Shown: positions 17,962 through 28,350, counted from the stretch's first letter. The stretch: DNA of 64,000 bases from Planctomycetota bacterium (GCA_965228735.1 OZ245838.1:3520001-3584000), one strand, 5' to 3'. The notes: generated by a model from the sequence alone, not told the origin. A program made the numbers and translations.

Positions 17962-18424
17962 CGCGGAACCCCCGGACCGTTGGGCGTGCCGGCCAACCCG
18001 AACCGAAAGTCGGAAAGCGCTCGAATGTGCCCGATCCGGCACAGGAGACTCGCAGGTTTCGTGACGAACGAGTTCGCGCCGGCGGCGTTCTTGGCGGCGT
18101 TGCGGGCGGATATTGCCCGCGCAACGGGGGTAGCGGTCATTCGGGCGTCCTCTCGGACTGGCTATCGTCGGTGCAGAAGCGCTTCTTGAGCCCATAGCAG
18201 GCGGATGTTCGGCCGCGTGGCGCGCCAAAGTGGCTGACGCCTCGAGCGGGGCCGGCCCGACCAGGAGGCAGATTCGTCCAAGCATCCGGAACGTGCGACT
18301 CGGCCAGGTTGCGGGGGACCTCCTGGTTCGGCGCGCGCGCTGGACGTCGGAACGCATCGCCGCGGAAGCTGATCATCGGTGACCCCGCGGATGAGGAACC
18401 GGGCTGAGCGCGGGCCCGGACCGC

Positions 18425-21400
18425 TCACTCCCGCCCCGAATCGCCACTCTCGCGGAGCGCCTCGAGCTCGGCACGGAACTCGGCGATTCTCTTCTCCCGC
18501 GCCGGGTCAGGGGCTTCCGCCTGCCACCGTGAGAGACACTCGATGACGTTGCCGAGCGCTCCCGCCGTCATGTTGCGCCGCCGCGCGTGTTCGAGATAGG
18601 CCAGCAGGTGGGGCTCCGCCTCGGCGTGCCGCTTCAGCGTCGAGTACGAGAACCCGAGCACGCGGTTGCCGGTCAGGTGCAGCGGCGAATCGGGGGCGAC
18701 CTCCGTCAGGATCGCGAGGCCCGCGCCGGCTTCGGCGAGGGCCTCGTCCGGACGATCGAGGCGGCGCAGCAACGCGCCGAGGCGGATCCTCGCCTCGGCG
18801 ACGCTGCGGTGACGGGGGCCGTGCAGCGCAGCGAGCTGCGCGATGGCCTCGCGCATGAACGGCTCCGCTGCGATCTTGGAGTCGGCCGCCATGTGGTGGT
18901 AGGCGAGGTTGAGGAGCGTCTGAACGATCGTGAAGTGCGGCTCGTCGAAGGCCGCGCGCCGCACGCGCAGCGCTTCGAGGTACAGCTGCTCGGCTTCCTC
19001 TCGGCGTCCCCCCGCCGCGACGACGACGGCGAGGTTGTTGAGTGTCGTCGCGACGTCGGGGTGGTCGGGGCCCAGATCGACCGTCAGGATCCGGAGTGCT
19101 TCGCGGTGATCGGCCTCCGCCTCTTCGAGCCGGCGAAGGTGCTGGAGCGTGCTGCCGCGGTTGCCGTAGGCCTTGCCGAGCACCTGGTGGGTCGGGCCGT
19201 ACACCCTCTGACACATCTCGATCGCTTCGTTGTCGAGTTCGAGGGCGTCCTCCAGTCGGCCCTGCGCGCGCAGCCGCGCCCCGAGGTTGATCAGCGTCTC
19301 GGCGACGTGGGGATGCGCTTCGTGGGACTCACGGAACCGGTCCAGGGATTCACGCAGGAGCACCTCGGCCTCCGCGTGCCGCCCGAGCTCGCCGAGCCCC
19401 TGCGCGAGCCGACTGCGCGCGAGCACGACCGACGGATGGTTCGGCGGCAGGTGCGCGCGCTCGGCTTCGAGTGCTTCCTGGCGTTTGGCCAGCGATTCCT
19501 CGTGCCGGTTCTGGCGTCGGTAGGCCTCGGCGAGCGTGTCTAGCGCGCCCGCTCGAAACTCGTCCGAGCCGAGCTCGAGCGCCGCTTTCGCCAGATCCTC
19601 GGCCTCTTCGAACCGGCCCGTCGTGCAGTACAGCGTGGCGCGCCCCAGGAGCACCCGCGCGAGCTGTTCGTCCCGGCCTTCGCCATCGCGCTCGAGCTGC
19701 TCGGCGCGCGCGAGCGCCGCCTCGGCCCGATCGTAGTCGCCGCTCTCGCGCCGCGCGGTGGCGAGTCGGGTCAAGGCATCGACAAGCTTGCCGGTATCGC
19801 CGCCGGCAACACTGGCGGCCTCACGCAGCTCGACGACCCGCGCGAGGTGCTCCGCGGCGCGATCGAAGACGCCGAGGGCCAGGTACGCGCGGCCGAGTGT
19901 CGAGCGGACCTCCACCTCGATCTCGGGCTGGTTCTGCAGCCGTTCACCGAGCCCCGCGTGGTAGTCGTCGAGCACCTGCCGCAGCGTGTAGCTGGCATCC
20001 GACCCGTACGGGTTCGCCGAGGACAGCATGTCCTGCGTGAACTCGAGGATCGTCGTCGCGCGCTGGGCGTCGTCGCGGGCCGCGGCCTCGGCGTCGAGGG
20101 CGCGCCGCAACATCACCGACGTGCCGATCACGCCGATCACGAGCGCGACCACGACCGCGCCGACCGCCGCGACCAGGCCGCGGTTGCGGCGGACGAACTT
20201 CGTGAGGCGGTAGCGCGCGCTCGGCGGGCACGCTTCCACCGGCAGCTGCTCGAGATGCCGACGCAAGTCGTCGGCGAGCGCCACTGGGGTCGAGTAGCGC
20301 CGGTTGCGGTCCTTCTCGAGCGCGCGCATGACGATCCAGTCGAGGTCGCCCTGCAATGCGTTGCCGAGGGCCTCGGGCGGGACCCCGCGCCGCTTCGCAA
20401 CGCGCTCGAGCGCGGCGCCCAGAGCGCGAATCCGCGTGCTCGGCTTCGGCGGCTCGACCTCACGGATGAACTGCATGAGCTCGGCATAGCCGATCTGCCG
20501 CAGCGTCTCGCTGTCGAACGGCCGCGCGCCCGTGAGCAGCTCGTAGAGCGTGACGCCGAGGCTGTACACGTCGACCCGGGTGTCGACGTCGAGCATGGAC
20601 TGCGAGGCCTGCTCGGGCGCCATGTAGTCGGGCGTGCCGACGATCTGACGAAACTCGGTGAAGAGCGTCCGCTGCGTGAGCTCCTGGCGCGTGGCCTTTG
20701 CGATGCCGAAGTCGATGATCTTCGGCACGGCCACGCCGTCCTGCATCGCCACGAGGATGTTGCTCGGCTTCAGGTCGCGGTGGATCACGCCCTTCATGTG
20801 CGCGTGCTGCACGGCGTGACAGACCTTGCAGAACAGCTCGATGCGGGCCTCGGTCGACAGGCTCTCGGCGTCGCAGAAGTCGACGATCGGAATCCCGCGC
20901 ACGAGCTCCATGACGAAGAACGGGCGGCCGCTCTGCGTCGCGCCGCCGTCATGGACCTTCGCGATGTGCGGATGATCCATCAGCGCCAGCGCCTGCCGCT
21001 CGGCTTCGAACCGCGCGACGACCTGCCGCGTGTCCATGCCGAGCTTGATGATCTTGAGCGCGACCTTGCGCCGGACGGGCTCGCTCTGCTCCGCGAGCCA
21101 GACGACGCCGAAGCCGCCCTCGCCGAGTTTCTCGAGCAGCTTGTAGCGCCCGATCTCGTTGCCCGGCACCTCGTGACCCGGCGCCTCGCTGTCCGGTTCG
21201 CGCTCGGCAAGGAAGGCGCCGGCCGCCGCGAACGAGTGCAGCAACGCTTCGACCTCGTACTTCAGCGCGTCGTCGTCGCCACATTCGCGGGCGACGAACG
21301 CGTCGCGCTCGCCCGGCGGCAGGTCGAGTGCCGCACCGAAGATCTCCTGCACACGGCGGTTTCGATCCTGAGGCTGCGACTCGGGTGAATTCGCGCTCAT
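18425..21400 (-). CDS. Ser/Thr protein kinase (Hanks type) with a TM segment and C-terminal TPR repeats
   Basis: GEGGFG, VALK, HRDLKPSN, DFGIAK, GTPDYMAPE and DVYSLG; TM LVAAVGAVVVALVIGVIG; kinesin-light-chain-like TPRs (GPDHPDVATTLNNLA). Confidence 0.95.
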   Translation of the reverse strand: MSANSPESQPQDRNRRVQEIFGAALDLPPGERDAFVARECGDDDALKYEVEALLHSFAAAGAFLAEREPDSEAPGHEVPGNEIGRYKLLEKLGEGGFGVVWLAEQSEPVRRKVALKIIKLGMDTRQVVARFEAERQALALMDHPHIAKVHDGGATQSGRPFFVMELVRGIPIVDFCDAESLSTEARIELFCKVCHAVQHAHMKGVIHRDLKPSNILVAMQDGVAVPKIIDFGIAKATRQELTQRTLFTEFRQIVGTPDYMAPEQASQSMLDVDTRVDVYSLGVTLYELLTGARPFDSETLRQIGYAELMQFIREVEPPKPSTRIRALGAALERVAKRRGVPPEALGNALQGDLDWIVMRALEKDRNRRYSTPVALADDLRRHLEQLPVEACPPSARYRLTKFVRRNRGLVAAVGAVVVALVIGVIGTSVMLRRALDAEAAARDDAQRATTILEFTQDMLSSANPYGSDASYTLRQVLDDYHAGLGERLQNQPEIEVEVRSTLGRAYLALGVFDRAAEHLARVVELREAASVAGGDTGKLVDALTRLATARRESGDYDRAEAALARAEQLERDGEGRDEQLARVLLGRATLYCTTGRFEEAEDLAKAALELGSDEFRAGALDTLAEAYRRQNRHEESLAKRQEALEAERAHLPPNHPSVVLARSRLAQGLGELGRHAEAEVLLRESLDRFRESHEAHPHVAETLINLGARLRAQGRLEDALELDNEAIEMCQRVYGPTHQVLGKAYGNRGSTLQHLRRLEEAEADHREALRILTVDLGPDHPDVATTLNNLAVVVAAGGRREEAEQLYLEALRVRRAAFDEPHFTIVQTLLNLAYHHMAADSKIAAEPFMREAIAQLAALHGPRHRSVAEARIRLGALLRRLDRPDEALAEAGAGLAILTEVAPDSPLHLTGNRVLGFSYSTLKRHAEAEPHLLAYLEHARRRNMTAGALGNVIECLSRWQAEAPDPAREKRIAEFRAELEALRESGDSGRE

Positions 21401-21513
21401 CGCGCCCGAACTCTACCACCGAGGTGAGGGTACGGAAAAAGGTACGCGATCCTCGACGCCGGGGAGCTCGTACATCCCGACGCAGTTCTGGCCGCGACCG
21501 GGCTTGCCTGATC

Positions 21514-22908
21514 TCAATCGCCGAGGCGGAGGAGGCCGACTACCGAAAGCGCGAAGCCGAGTGGCGATGTCGCTTCGATCGCGGCCGCTTGCACCGAGAG
21601 CGTCAAGCCGCGCAACGGTTCGTAGAACGGGACCTCGAGCTCGACTCCGAAACCGTGAAACGCTGGGTCCGAGACGCCGAGCCAGACGGCCTCTGGCGTG
21701 ACCGCGATCTGGCAAGGCTGTGGCGCGGCTACCTCACCCAGCTGCAAGCCGATCGCAGTCAAGGTGCCCGGCGTATGCGTGAATGCCGACAGCTGCCCCG
21801 TATTGCCGAGGATGACCCGCGGCAGGAACAGGTTCGGTCCGTTGATCGTCGTCCAGGCACCCGGCCCACAGCCCGAACCGATCGTCTCCCAGAAGGCCTC
21901 GTTGGCCGGAGCCAGACGCCACGTGTCGCCGAGCGCGTTGCCTTGCGCGTCGCGGCCACCGAACACCACGGCCGTCATGGACGTATCCAACGTGAGCCGG
22001 ATGTACTCGTCGACGACGGCGGCGTCTTCGCGGGCCGGGATCGATCCGGAGATCGGCTGCGCAAACCAGGTACCGTCGATGCCGCGTTCGTAGATCGCCG
22101 TCTGCAGCGTGCCGCTCGCGTCACGCCCGCCGACGAATACGTGGCGGTTGCGTTCGAAGCCGAGTCGAACCGCAGCAGTGTCGGTGGCCGCGAACGGCAT
22201 GGTCGGCAGCTGCTGCCAATCGGTGCCATCGAACAGCCATGCATCGTCGAACACCTGCGTATCGTCGTTGCCGCCGAATAGCAGCCAGTGGTCGAAATGC
22301 GGCAGCAGCTGGTGGCCCGCGCGCGCCGGCGGCGACTGGGTGGAGATCACCTGTTGCCAGTCGGTGCCGTCGAACCTCCACGTCTCGTTGCTGACGCCGG
22401 TGTCGGTTCGGCCGCCGAACAGCAGTACGGTCGTCGCGGTCTGACTATCGAAGGCGAGGGCGTGGCCATCACGCGGTGACGGCGCGTGCGCAGGGGTCAG
22501 TTGTATCCAACTGCTGGTGAACGGCTGCCCCAGCGGCACGTTCATCCAGTTGGTGGCGAACATCCACGTCTCGGCATTACGCACTCCGTTGGCGTCGGCA
22601 CCGCCGAACATCAGGGTGTCGTAGATCGCCATGTCCATGGCGTGCCCGTGCCGCGCCGACGGGGCCTGTGCGGTCGGCATCGGCTGCCAGCCCATGCCTT
22701 GGTAGAAGACCCAGGTGTCGGCGAATGCCTGGTTGGCGTCGCGGCCACCGAAGGTGATGCCCCAGCGGGTCATGTCGTGGCCGTAACGCGGTGCCGGCGC
22801 CTGCGAGGTCGAGACCTGCTGCCAGGTCAGCTGCGCGAGGAGACGCTGGGTAGGCAAGGCGACGCTGCAAGCGGCGAGCGCGACACGGAGGCTGGCTGCG
22901 AGGTGCAT
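21514..22908 (-). CDS. Secreted Kelch-repeat (beta-propeller) protein with a C-terminal GxGC...G domain
   Basis: Signal peptide from MHLAASLR (22908); about 6 repeats of P.PR.GH....LFGG.......TW. Confidence 0.85.
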   Translation of the reverse strand: MHLAASLRVALAACSVALPTQRLLAQLTWQQVSTSQAPAPRYGHDMTRWGITFGGRDANQAFADTWVFYQGMGWQPMPTAQAPSARHGHAMDMAIYDTLMFGGADANGVRNAETWMFATNWMNVPLGQPFTSSWIQLTPAHAPSPRDGHALAFDSQTATTVLLFGGRTDTGVSNETWRFDGTDWQQVISTQSPPARAGHQLLPHFDHWLLFGGNDDTQVFDDAWLFDGTDWQQLPTMPFAATDTAAVRLGFERNRHVFVGGRDASGTLQTAIYERGIDGTWFAQPISGSIPAREDAAVVDEYIRLTLDTSMTAVVFGGRDAQGNALGDTWRLAPANEAFWETIGSGCGPGAWTTINGPNLFLPRVILGNTGQLSAFTHTPGTLTAIGLQLGEVAAPQPCQIAVTPEAVWLGVSDPAFHGFGVELEVPFYEPLRGLTLSVQAAAIEATSPLGFALSVVGLLRLGD

Positions 22909-23051
22909 GGATCTCCCGAGTGGGGCAGTTGGCTGAGGGGGCTCTAGCCCCCGGGGTCGGGCAAGGTAACCGCAAACGAGCGGGGCGTATGACTGTCCCG
23001 CCTTCCTGGGGTGCCACGCGGCGTGAGGGCACTGACCAAGGTACTCGATCG

Positions 23052-24188
23052 TCAGCTCGCCGCCCACGCCCCTACCGTCTCTTCGCCGATCGCGAGCGAG
23101 CGGGTCATGCCCGAACCACCGACGCCCGTGACGATCTCGACTCCCGGCTCCGGCACCGCGCGGAAGATCGGCGCGCCGGCCCCGGCCTTGGCGTAGCTGC
23201 CGCTCCACCGCTCGGCGATTCGACGGTCCGCGGGTCGAAAGAACGTCTCGAGGAAGTCGAGGATCAGCTTGTCCGTCGTCGCGCTGAGGCCCGGCCCGAA
23301 CTCGGTGCCATACTCGTGCGAGTCGCCGACGATGAGGCAGCCGTCGTCTCGTTGGGAGCACATGACGTGAATGCCACGTTCGATCTCCGGTGCGCGCTCG
23401 CGGGCGAGTCGCGCCTGCAGTGCCGGCAGGCCGGAGCACGCGGCGAACGCCGGGTAGTGCAGCAACGTAAGACCGCCGGCCACCATCGGGCCGAGCGGCG
23501 CGTCGTCCGGTTGCGGTCCGAGCGCGAGCATCTGCAGCTTGCAACGCACGAGGTTGCTCGCCGCGAAGACCTCGGGAAACAACGTGAGGAAGTCGTCGCC
23601 CGTGCACACGACGATTCGATCGGCTTCGAGCTCGTCGCCGCTCGCGAGGCGCACGATGCGATCGCGGACTCCGACGACGGGCGCACCGACCCTCCGGTCC
23701 ACGCCCTGGTCAGCGCACCAGCGGTGCAACGCATCGACTGCCGCGCGCGGATCGACGTTGGCCTCGCTCGGACTGAACAACGCACCCCGCAGTCCGCGCT
23801 CGACGAGTCGCGGCTGCAGTTCGTGGGCGTCCTTCGTGCTCAGCAACTGGAGCCCCGGCAATGTCGAGTCCGCCGCGAACTCCTGCAGCACCCGCCACTC
23901 GTCGTCGGCCATCGCTACGTGCAACGAACCGACCGCCGCACATCGGAACCCGGCGAGCTCCGCGAGTTCGAGCCAGAGCTCGCGGCTGCGGAGCGCCTGC
24001 GTCCGGAGCGCACCGGCCGGCTGCCCGATCGGCCAGATCATCCCGAAGTTGCGCACCGAAGCCCGGCGCGCGAACGCGTCCCGCTCGCACATCGCGACCC
24101 GCAGGCCGGCGCGCAACCCGGCGATCGCGTGCCCGAGCCCGAGCACGCCGCCGCCCACCACCACGAGGTCGAACCCGGCGCGGGTCAT
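23052..24188 (-). CDS. FAD-dependent oxidoreductase, TIGR03364-like (phosphonate-cluster associated)
   Basis: GGGVLG, ASVRNFG.IW, CKLQML, GDSHEYG and GVGGSGMT.S; ATGA-coupled to the upstream HAD gene. Confidence 0.85.
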   Translation of the reverse strand: MTRAGFDLVVVGGGVLGLGHAIAGLRAGLRVAMCERDAFARRASVRNFGMIWPIGQPAGALRTQALRSRELWLELAELAGFRCAAVGSLHVAMADDEWRVLQEFAADSTLPGLQLLSTKDAHELQPRLVERGLRGALFSPSEANVDPRAAVDALHRWCADQGVDRRVGAPVVGVRDRIVRLASGDELEADRIVVCTGDDFLTLFPEVFAASNLVRCKLQMLALGPQPDDAPLGPMVAGGLTLLHYPAFAACSGLPALQARLARERAPEIERGIHVMCSQRDDGCLIVGDSHEYGTEFGPGLSATTDKLILDFLETFFRPADRRIAERWSGSYAKAGAGAPIFRAVPEPGVEIVTGVGGSGMTRSLAIGEETVGAWAAS

Positions 24189-24850
24189 GACGGCAGCACG
24201 ATCGCCGGCAACGTCGACAGGTCGGGCAGCAGATGCGTGTGCTCGTGCGCCGCGAGCTGCTCGAGGGTGTGGGTGCCGCAGCCGACCCCGACGACGAGTC
24301 GCAACCCGGCCGCGCAGCCGGCGGCCAGGTCCGCCGGAGTGTCACCCGCGACGCCGACGCGCTGCGGGTCGCTCACGTCGGAGAGCGCCATCGCGCGATG
24401 GATCAGGTCGGGCGCGGGCCGACCGGTCTCGACCTCGTCCGACGCCACGCTCGGCCACTTGTCGAAACCGACGGCCCGCAGAACGAGATCGGCAGTCGTC
24501 CGCGCGAAGCCGGTGTTGAACGCGATCTTCACGCCGGCCGACGCGAGCGCGAGCAGCATCTCGGGTGCACCGTGGGTCGGGCGCAGCGGACTCTCGGCAA
24601 CGACGTTGGCATACTCGTCGGCGAACCGGGCAGCCATCTCCGCTGCGGCCGCCGTGCTGCGGCCGAGTTCGGTCAATACGGACTCGAACACCCGCTGCTT
24701 GTGCCACCCCATGCGCGTGCGAATCGCGCCCTCGTCGACCGGCAGGTCGTAGAACCGCGCGGTCGCGACGAATGCCTTCAGCACCTGGTCGTCGTCGACG
24801 ACGACCGTGCCCGCGAGATCGAAGATGAACAGATCGACAGCCCGGTTCAT
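24185..24850 (-). CDS. HAD-superfamily phosphonatase-like hydrolase (PhnX-like, TIGR03351-like)
   Basis: FDLAGT (DxAGT motif), MGWHK (cap Lys), NTGF, GRPAPD and GDTPADL. Confidence 0.85.
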   Translation of the reverse strand: MNRAVDLFIFDLAGTVVVDDDQVLKAFVATARFYDLPVDEGAIRTRMGWHKQRVFESVLTELGRSTAAAAEMAARFADEYANVVAESPLRPTHGAPEMLLALASAGVKIAFNTGFARTTADLVLRAVGFDKWPSVASDEVETGRPAPDLIHRAMALSDVSDPQRVGVAGDTPADLAAGCAAGLRLVVGVGCGTHTLEQLAAHEHTHLLPDLSTLPAIVLPS

Positions 24851-25009
24851 GAATCGTCTTCCTCCACATGACGGCGATCGCGAAGCGCCGCACGCCGCGC
24901 GTCGAGATTCCAGCGACCGGGCGAGCATACGGCAACGGCGATCCTGCCGTCGCGATCCCGATGGGCGGTATTGGGGCCATGCGGAGTGAGCGCGTATCGT
25001 CGGCGGCCC

Positions 25010-27172
25010 GTGTCGCCGCGCCTCCGCCCCCTCGTTCTCGCTGCCGCCTTCGGTGCTGCCTCAGCCTGCACCCTCACGCCGGCGCCGGCGCCGCTGCCGG
25101 TCCAGGTGCCCGCGGGGGCCTCGCCCGCGCAGATCGTCGAACTCGCCGCGAGCGTGCGGCCGTCGCCCCGCCAGCTCGCCTGGCAGCGGACCGGGTTCAA
25201 CGCGTTCGTGCACTTCGGCATGAACACGTTCACCGATCGCGAGTGGGGCGACGGCACGGAGGACCCGGCGACGTTCGCGCCGACGGACTTCGACGCCACG
25301 CAATGGGCGGCGACCTTCCGCGCGGCCGGGATGCGCGGAATCGTGCTCACGTGCAAGCACCACGACGGCTTCTGTCTGTGGCCGAGTGCGACGACAGCGC
25401 ACGACGTCGCGGCGTCGCCGTGGCGGAACGGCAAGGGCGACGTCGTCGGTGAGGTGGCTGCGGCATGCCAGGCAGCCGGGCTGAAGTTCGGCGTCTACCT
25501 GTCCCCGTGGGATCGCAACCAGGAGTCGTTCGGCACGCCGGCCTACCAGCAGGTGTTCCTCGCGCAGCTGCGCGAACTCTGCACCGACTACGGCCCGCTG
25601 TTCGAGGTCTGGTTCGACGGCGCGCACTGCCCGCCCGACGACCCGGAGCTGTTCGACTGGCAGGCCGTCTTTCAGCTCGTTCGCGAGCAGCAGCCCGACG
25701 CGGCGATCGCGATCACCGGCCCCGACGTGCGCTGGGTCGGGAACGAAGCCGGCCGGACGCGGCCCGAGGAGTGGAGCGTGCTGCCGCTGCGTCAGCCGGC
25801 AAGAGGCGCGTTCGAACGCGACCGCGACAGCTGGCGCGCGTTGTGGGACCTGCGATCGCGCAATCAGCAGGCCGATCTCGGCAGCCGTGCCGAGCTGCGC
25901 GATGCGCAGGCGCTGTGCTGGTGGGCCGCGGAGACCGACGTGTCCATCCGGCCGGGTTGGTTCTGGCACGAGCACGAGGATCAGCGCGTCAAACCGCTGG
26001 CGACCTTGCTCGACTACTGGTTCGAAGCCGTCGGCGGCAACGCGGTGCTGCTGCTGAACGTGCCGGCCAATCGACAAGGGCGCATCGCGGCTCCCGACGT
26101 CGCGGTGCTGCGCGAGTTCGGTCGCTATCTCGACGCGACGTTCGCGGACCCGGTCAGCGCGGGCGGACAGCGGCTGGTCCACGTGCCGGAGAGGTCCGCG
26201 GGCAGCGCGTTCGACAGCGCCAAGGGCTGGGGCAGGACCGAGGAAATCCTGTTCGACGAGCCGCGCACCGTCGACGTGTTCGAGCTCGGAGAAGCCGTCG
26301 AGTCACACGGCCAACGGGTCGAACGCTTCCGCATCGAGGTCCGACAAGGCGGCCGCTGGCGCGAATGCGCAACGGGCACGACGATCGGCGTGCGGCGTTT
26401 GCTCAGAACGGCACCGATCACGGGGACCGGGTTTCGCTACCGCATCGATCGCAGCCGCGGCGAACCAGCGATCGCGCGCTTCGAGCTCTATCGGCGACCG
26501 ACGCTCCTGCAGGCGCCGAGCATCACGCGAGATCCGGCAGGCGAGGTCACGATCCGCGCGACCGGCGGCGACGTGCACTTCACACGGGACGGGTCGGTCG
26601 TGACGCGCGACTCCGAGCGCTACACGGCGCCGTTCGCGCTGCCGCTCGGGGGGCTCGTGCGCGCCGCGACGTTCGCACCGACGGGCTCCGGCCGCGCGAC
26701 GTTCGGCACGACGGCCGAGACCGTCGCCGAGTTCGGGCTCGCGCGCGCGGGCTTCCGCGTGCACGACTGCTCGAGTGAGCAGGACGGCAGCGAGGCCGCG
26801 GGGATGGCGATCGACGGCGACCCCGACACGATTTGGCACACGGCCTATGGCGACGAGACGCCGCGCCCGCCGCATCACCTGACGATCGATCTCGGGCAAG
26901 CCGTCACCCTCCGCGGTTTCCTCTACCTCCCGCGCAGGAACGGTTCGAACGGCACGATCCGCGACTACGCGTTCTACGGCAGCGCCGACGGTGAGACCTG
27001 GCAGAGGCTCGCGGCCGGCAGTTTCGACAACGTCGCGAACGCGGCGAATCCGCAGCGCGTAGTGTTTCGCCAACCGATGACCAGCGCCCGCTACGTCAAG
27101 CTCGTGAGTCACCGCGAGGTGCAGGACCGCGCGTGGGCCTCATGCGCCGAACTGTCGGTGCTCGTTCGATGA
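25010..27172 (+). CDS. Alpha-L-fucosidase (GH29) lipoprotein with FN3-like and F5/8 type C domains
   Basis: FVHFGMNTF, KHHDGFCLW, YLSPWD, WFDGA, DVSIRPGWF and LLLNVP; C-terminal AIDGDPDTIWH...IDLG (F5/8); AASAC lipobox. Start uncertain. Confidence 0.92.
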   Translation: MSPRLRPLVLAAAFGAASACTLTPAPAPLPVQVPAGASPAQIVELAASVRPSPRQLAWQRTGFNAFVHFGMNTFTDREWGDGTEDPATFAPTDFDATQWAATFRAAGMRGIVLTCKHHDGFCLWPSATTAHDVAASPWRNGKGDVVGEVAAACQAAGLKFGVYLSPWDRNQESFGTPAYQQVFLAQLRELCTDYGPLFEVWFDGAHCPPDDPELFDWQAVFQLVREQQPDAAIAITGPDVRWVGNEAGRTRPEEWSVLPLRQPARGAFERDRDSWRALWDLRSRNQQADLGSRAELRDAQALCWWAAETDVSIRPGWFWHEHEDQRVKPLATLLDYWFEAVGGNAVLLLNVPANRQGRIAAPDVAVLREFGRYLDATFADPVSAGGQRLVHVPERSAGSAFDSAKGWGRTEEILFDEPRTVDVFELGEAVESHGQRVERFRIEVRQGGRWRECATGTTIGVRRLLRTAPITGTGFRYRIDRSRGEPAIARFELYRRPTLLQAPSITRDPAGEVTIRATGGDVHFTRDGSVVTRDSERYTAPFALPLGGLVRAATFAPTGSGRATFGTTAETVAEFGLARAGFRVHDCSSEQDGSEAAGMAIDGDPDTIWHTAYGDETPRPPHHLTIDLGQAVTLRGFLYLPRRNGSNGTIRDYAFYGSADGETWQRLAAGSFDNVANAANPQRVVFRQPMTSARYVKLVSHREVQDRAWASCAELSVLVR

Positions 27173-28350
27173 CCGCGCGCCCCCACGACGCGTTCGCCGC
27201 GTGCCAGCCCGGGCTCGAGCCGCTCGTGCAGGACGAACTGAAGGCACTGGGAGTGGTCGGGACCCCGCGCCGCGGCGGTGTCGAGTTTCGGGGCGACACC
27301 AGCGCGATCATGCGTGCGGCGTATCGACTCGGCTGCGCGAGCCACGTGCTGCTGCGGGTGGCCGAGTTTCGCTGTCGGGCGCTCGGCGAGCTCGAGCGCA
27401 AGGCACGCGACGTGCCATGGGGTGACTGGCTGCTGTCCGACGTCGCGCTCGCGGTCCGAGCGACGTCGTCGCGGTCCCGCGTCTACCACACCAAGGCGAT
27501 CGCCGAACGGGTCGGGGACGCGATCCGCGCCACCATCGGTGACGTGCTACCGGCAGCGGCGGACGATAGTACGGAGCCCGTCGCTCAGCTCGCCGTTCGC
27601 TTTCGCAACGACGTCTGCACGGTGTCGCTCGACGCCACGACAACGCCGCTGCATCGCCGCGGTTATCGCCTCGCGGGCGCGAAAGCGCCGCTGCGCGAAG
27701 ACCTCGCTCACGCGCTCGCGCGGCTCGCGCTCGCGGTCGGGCCTTGCGCGGTGCTCGACCCGTTCTGCGGCTCGGGAACGATCCCGATCGAAGCCGCCGG
27801 TCTGTTGCGCGGGCTTGCGCCGGGTCGGTTGCGCGAACCGCCGCTCGCCCATCTCGCGCTCTTCGACGCGGACAGCTGGGAGGCCGCACGGGCAACAGCG
27901 TCCCCAACCGCGGACAGCGACCTGCAGATCGCGGCCAGCGACCGCGACCGCGGCGCGGTGGACGCCGCACGCCAGAACGCCGAACGCGCCGGGGTCGCGG
28001 ACGCGATCGACTTCACGGTCGGTGCGTTCGCCGCGCACGACTGGCTCGCGGGTGACGGCGCGCCCACTGATGCCGCCATCGCCACGAACCCGCCGTTCGG
28101 CCGGCGCATCGGCAAGCGCGACCTCGTGAACCTCTACCAGACCATCGGCCACCGCCTGCTCCGGCACCCGGGCTGGCGCATCGCACTCCTCGCCGAGGAC
28201 ATCCGCCTCGCGCGCCGCACCGGGCTGCCGCTCGATGTCGCGTTCACGACCAAGCACGGCGGGCTCTCCGTTTCGGCCCTTGCGGGAACGGTACCGACTG
28301 GATCAGTACCGACGGAAAAGGGGCCGACCGATACCGTGCCAGCGCCATGA
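27169..28350 (+). CDS. THUMP-domain class I SAM RNA methyltransferase (RlmL/YpsC-like)
   Basis: PGLE, LHRRGYR, APLREDLA, DPFCGSGTIPIEAA and TNPPFG; ATGA overlap with the fucosidase gene. Confidence 0.88.
   Translation: MTARPHDAFAACQPGLEPLVQDELKALGVVGTPRRGGVEFRGDTSAIMRAAYRLGCASHVLLRVAEFRCRALGELERKARDVPWGDWLLSDVALAVRATSSRSRVYHTKAIAERVGDAIRATIGDVLPAAADDSTEPVAQLAVRFRNDVCTVSLDATTTPLHRRGYRLAGAKAPLREDLAHALARLALAVGPCAVLDPFCGSGTIPIEAAGLLRGLAPGRLREPPLAHLALFDADSWEAARATASPTADSDLQIAASDRDRGAVDAARQNAERAGVADAIDFTVGAFAAHDWLAGDGAPTDAAIATNPPFGRRIGKRDLVNLYQTIGHRLLRHPGWRIALLAEDIRLARRTGLPLDVAFTTKHGGLSVSALAGTVPTGSVPTEKGPTDTVPAP

Noticed and set aside
10750..18420. Formal genomic island or mobile element call for the two-component cluster
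   Set aside because: No integrase, transposase, tRNA anchor or flanking direct repeats seen; the compositional shift is only an impression by eye.
21514..23607. Extended starts in the ORF track (697-aa Kelch, 1303-aa TssM, 590-aa TssB, 459-aa TssL, 551-aa GAF kinase)
   Set aside because: The extensions overlap neighbouring genes or intergenic DNA; internal ATGs with a signal peptide, RBS or stop-start coupling fit better.
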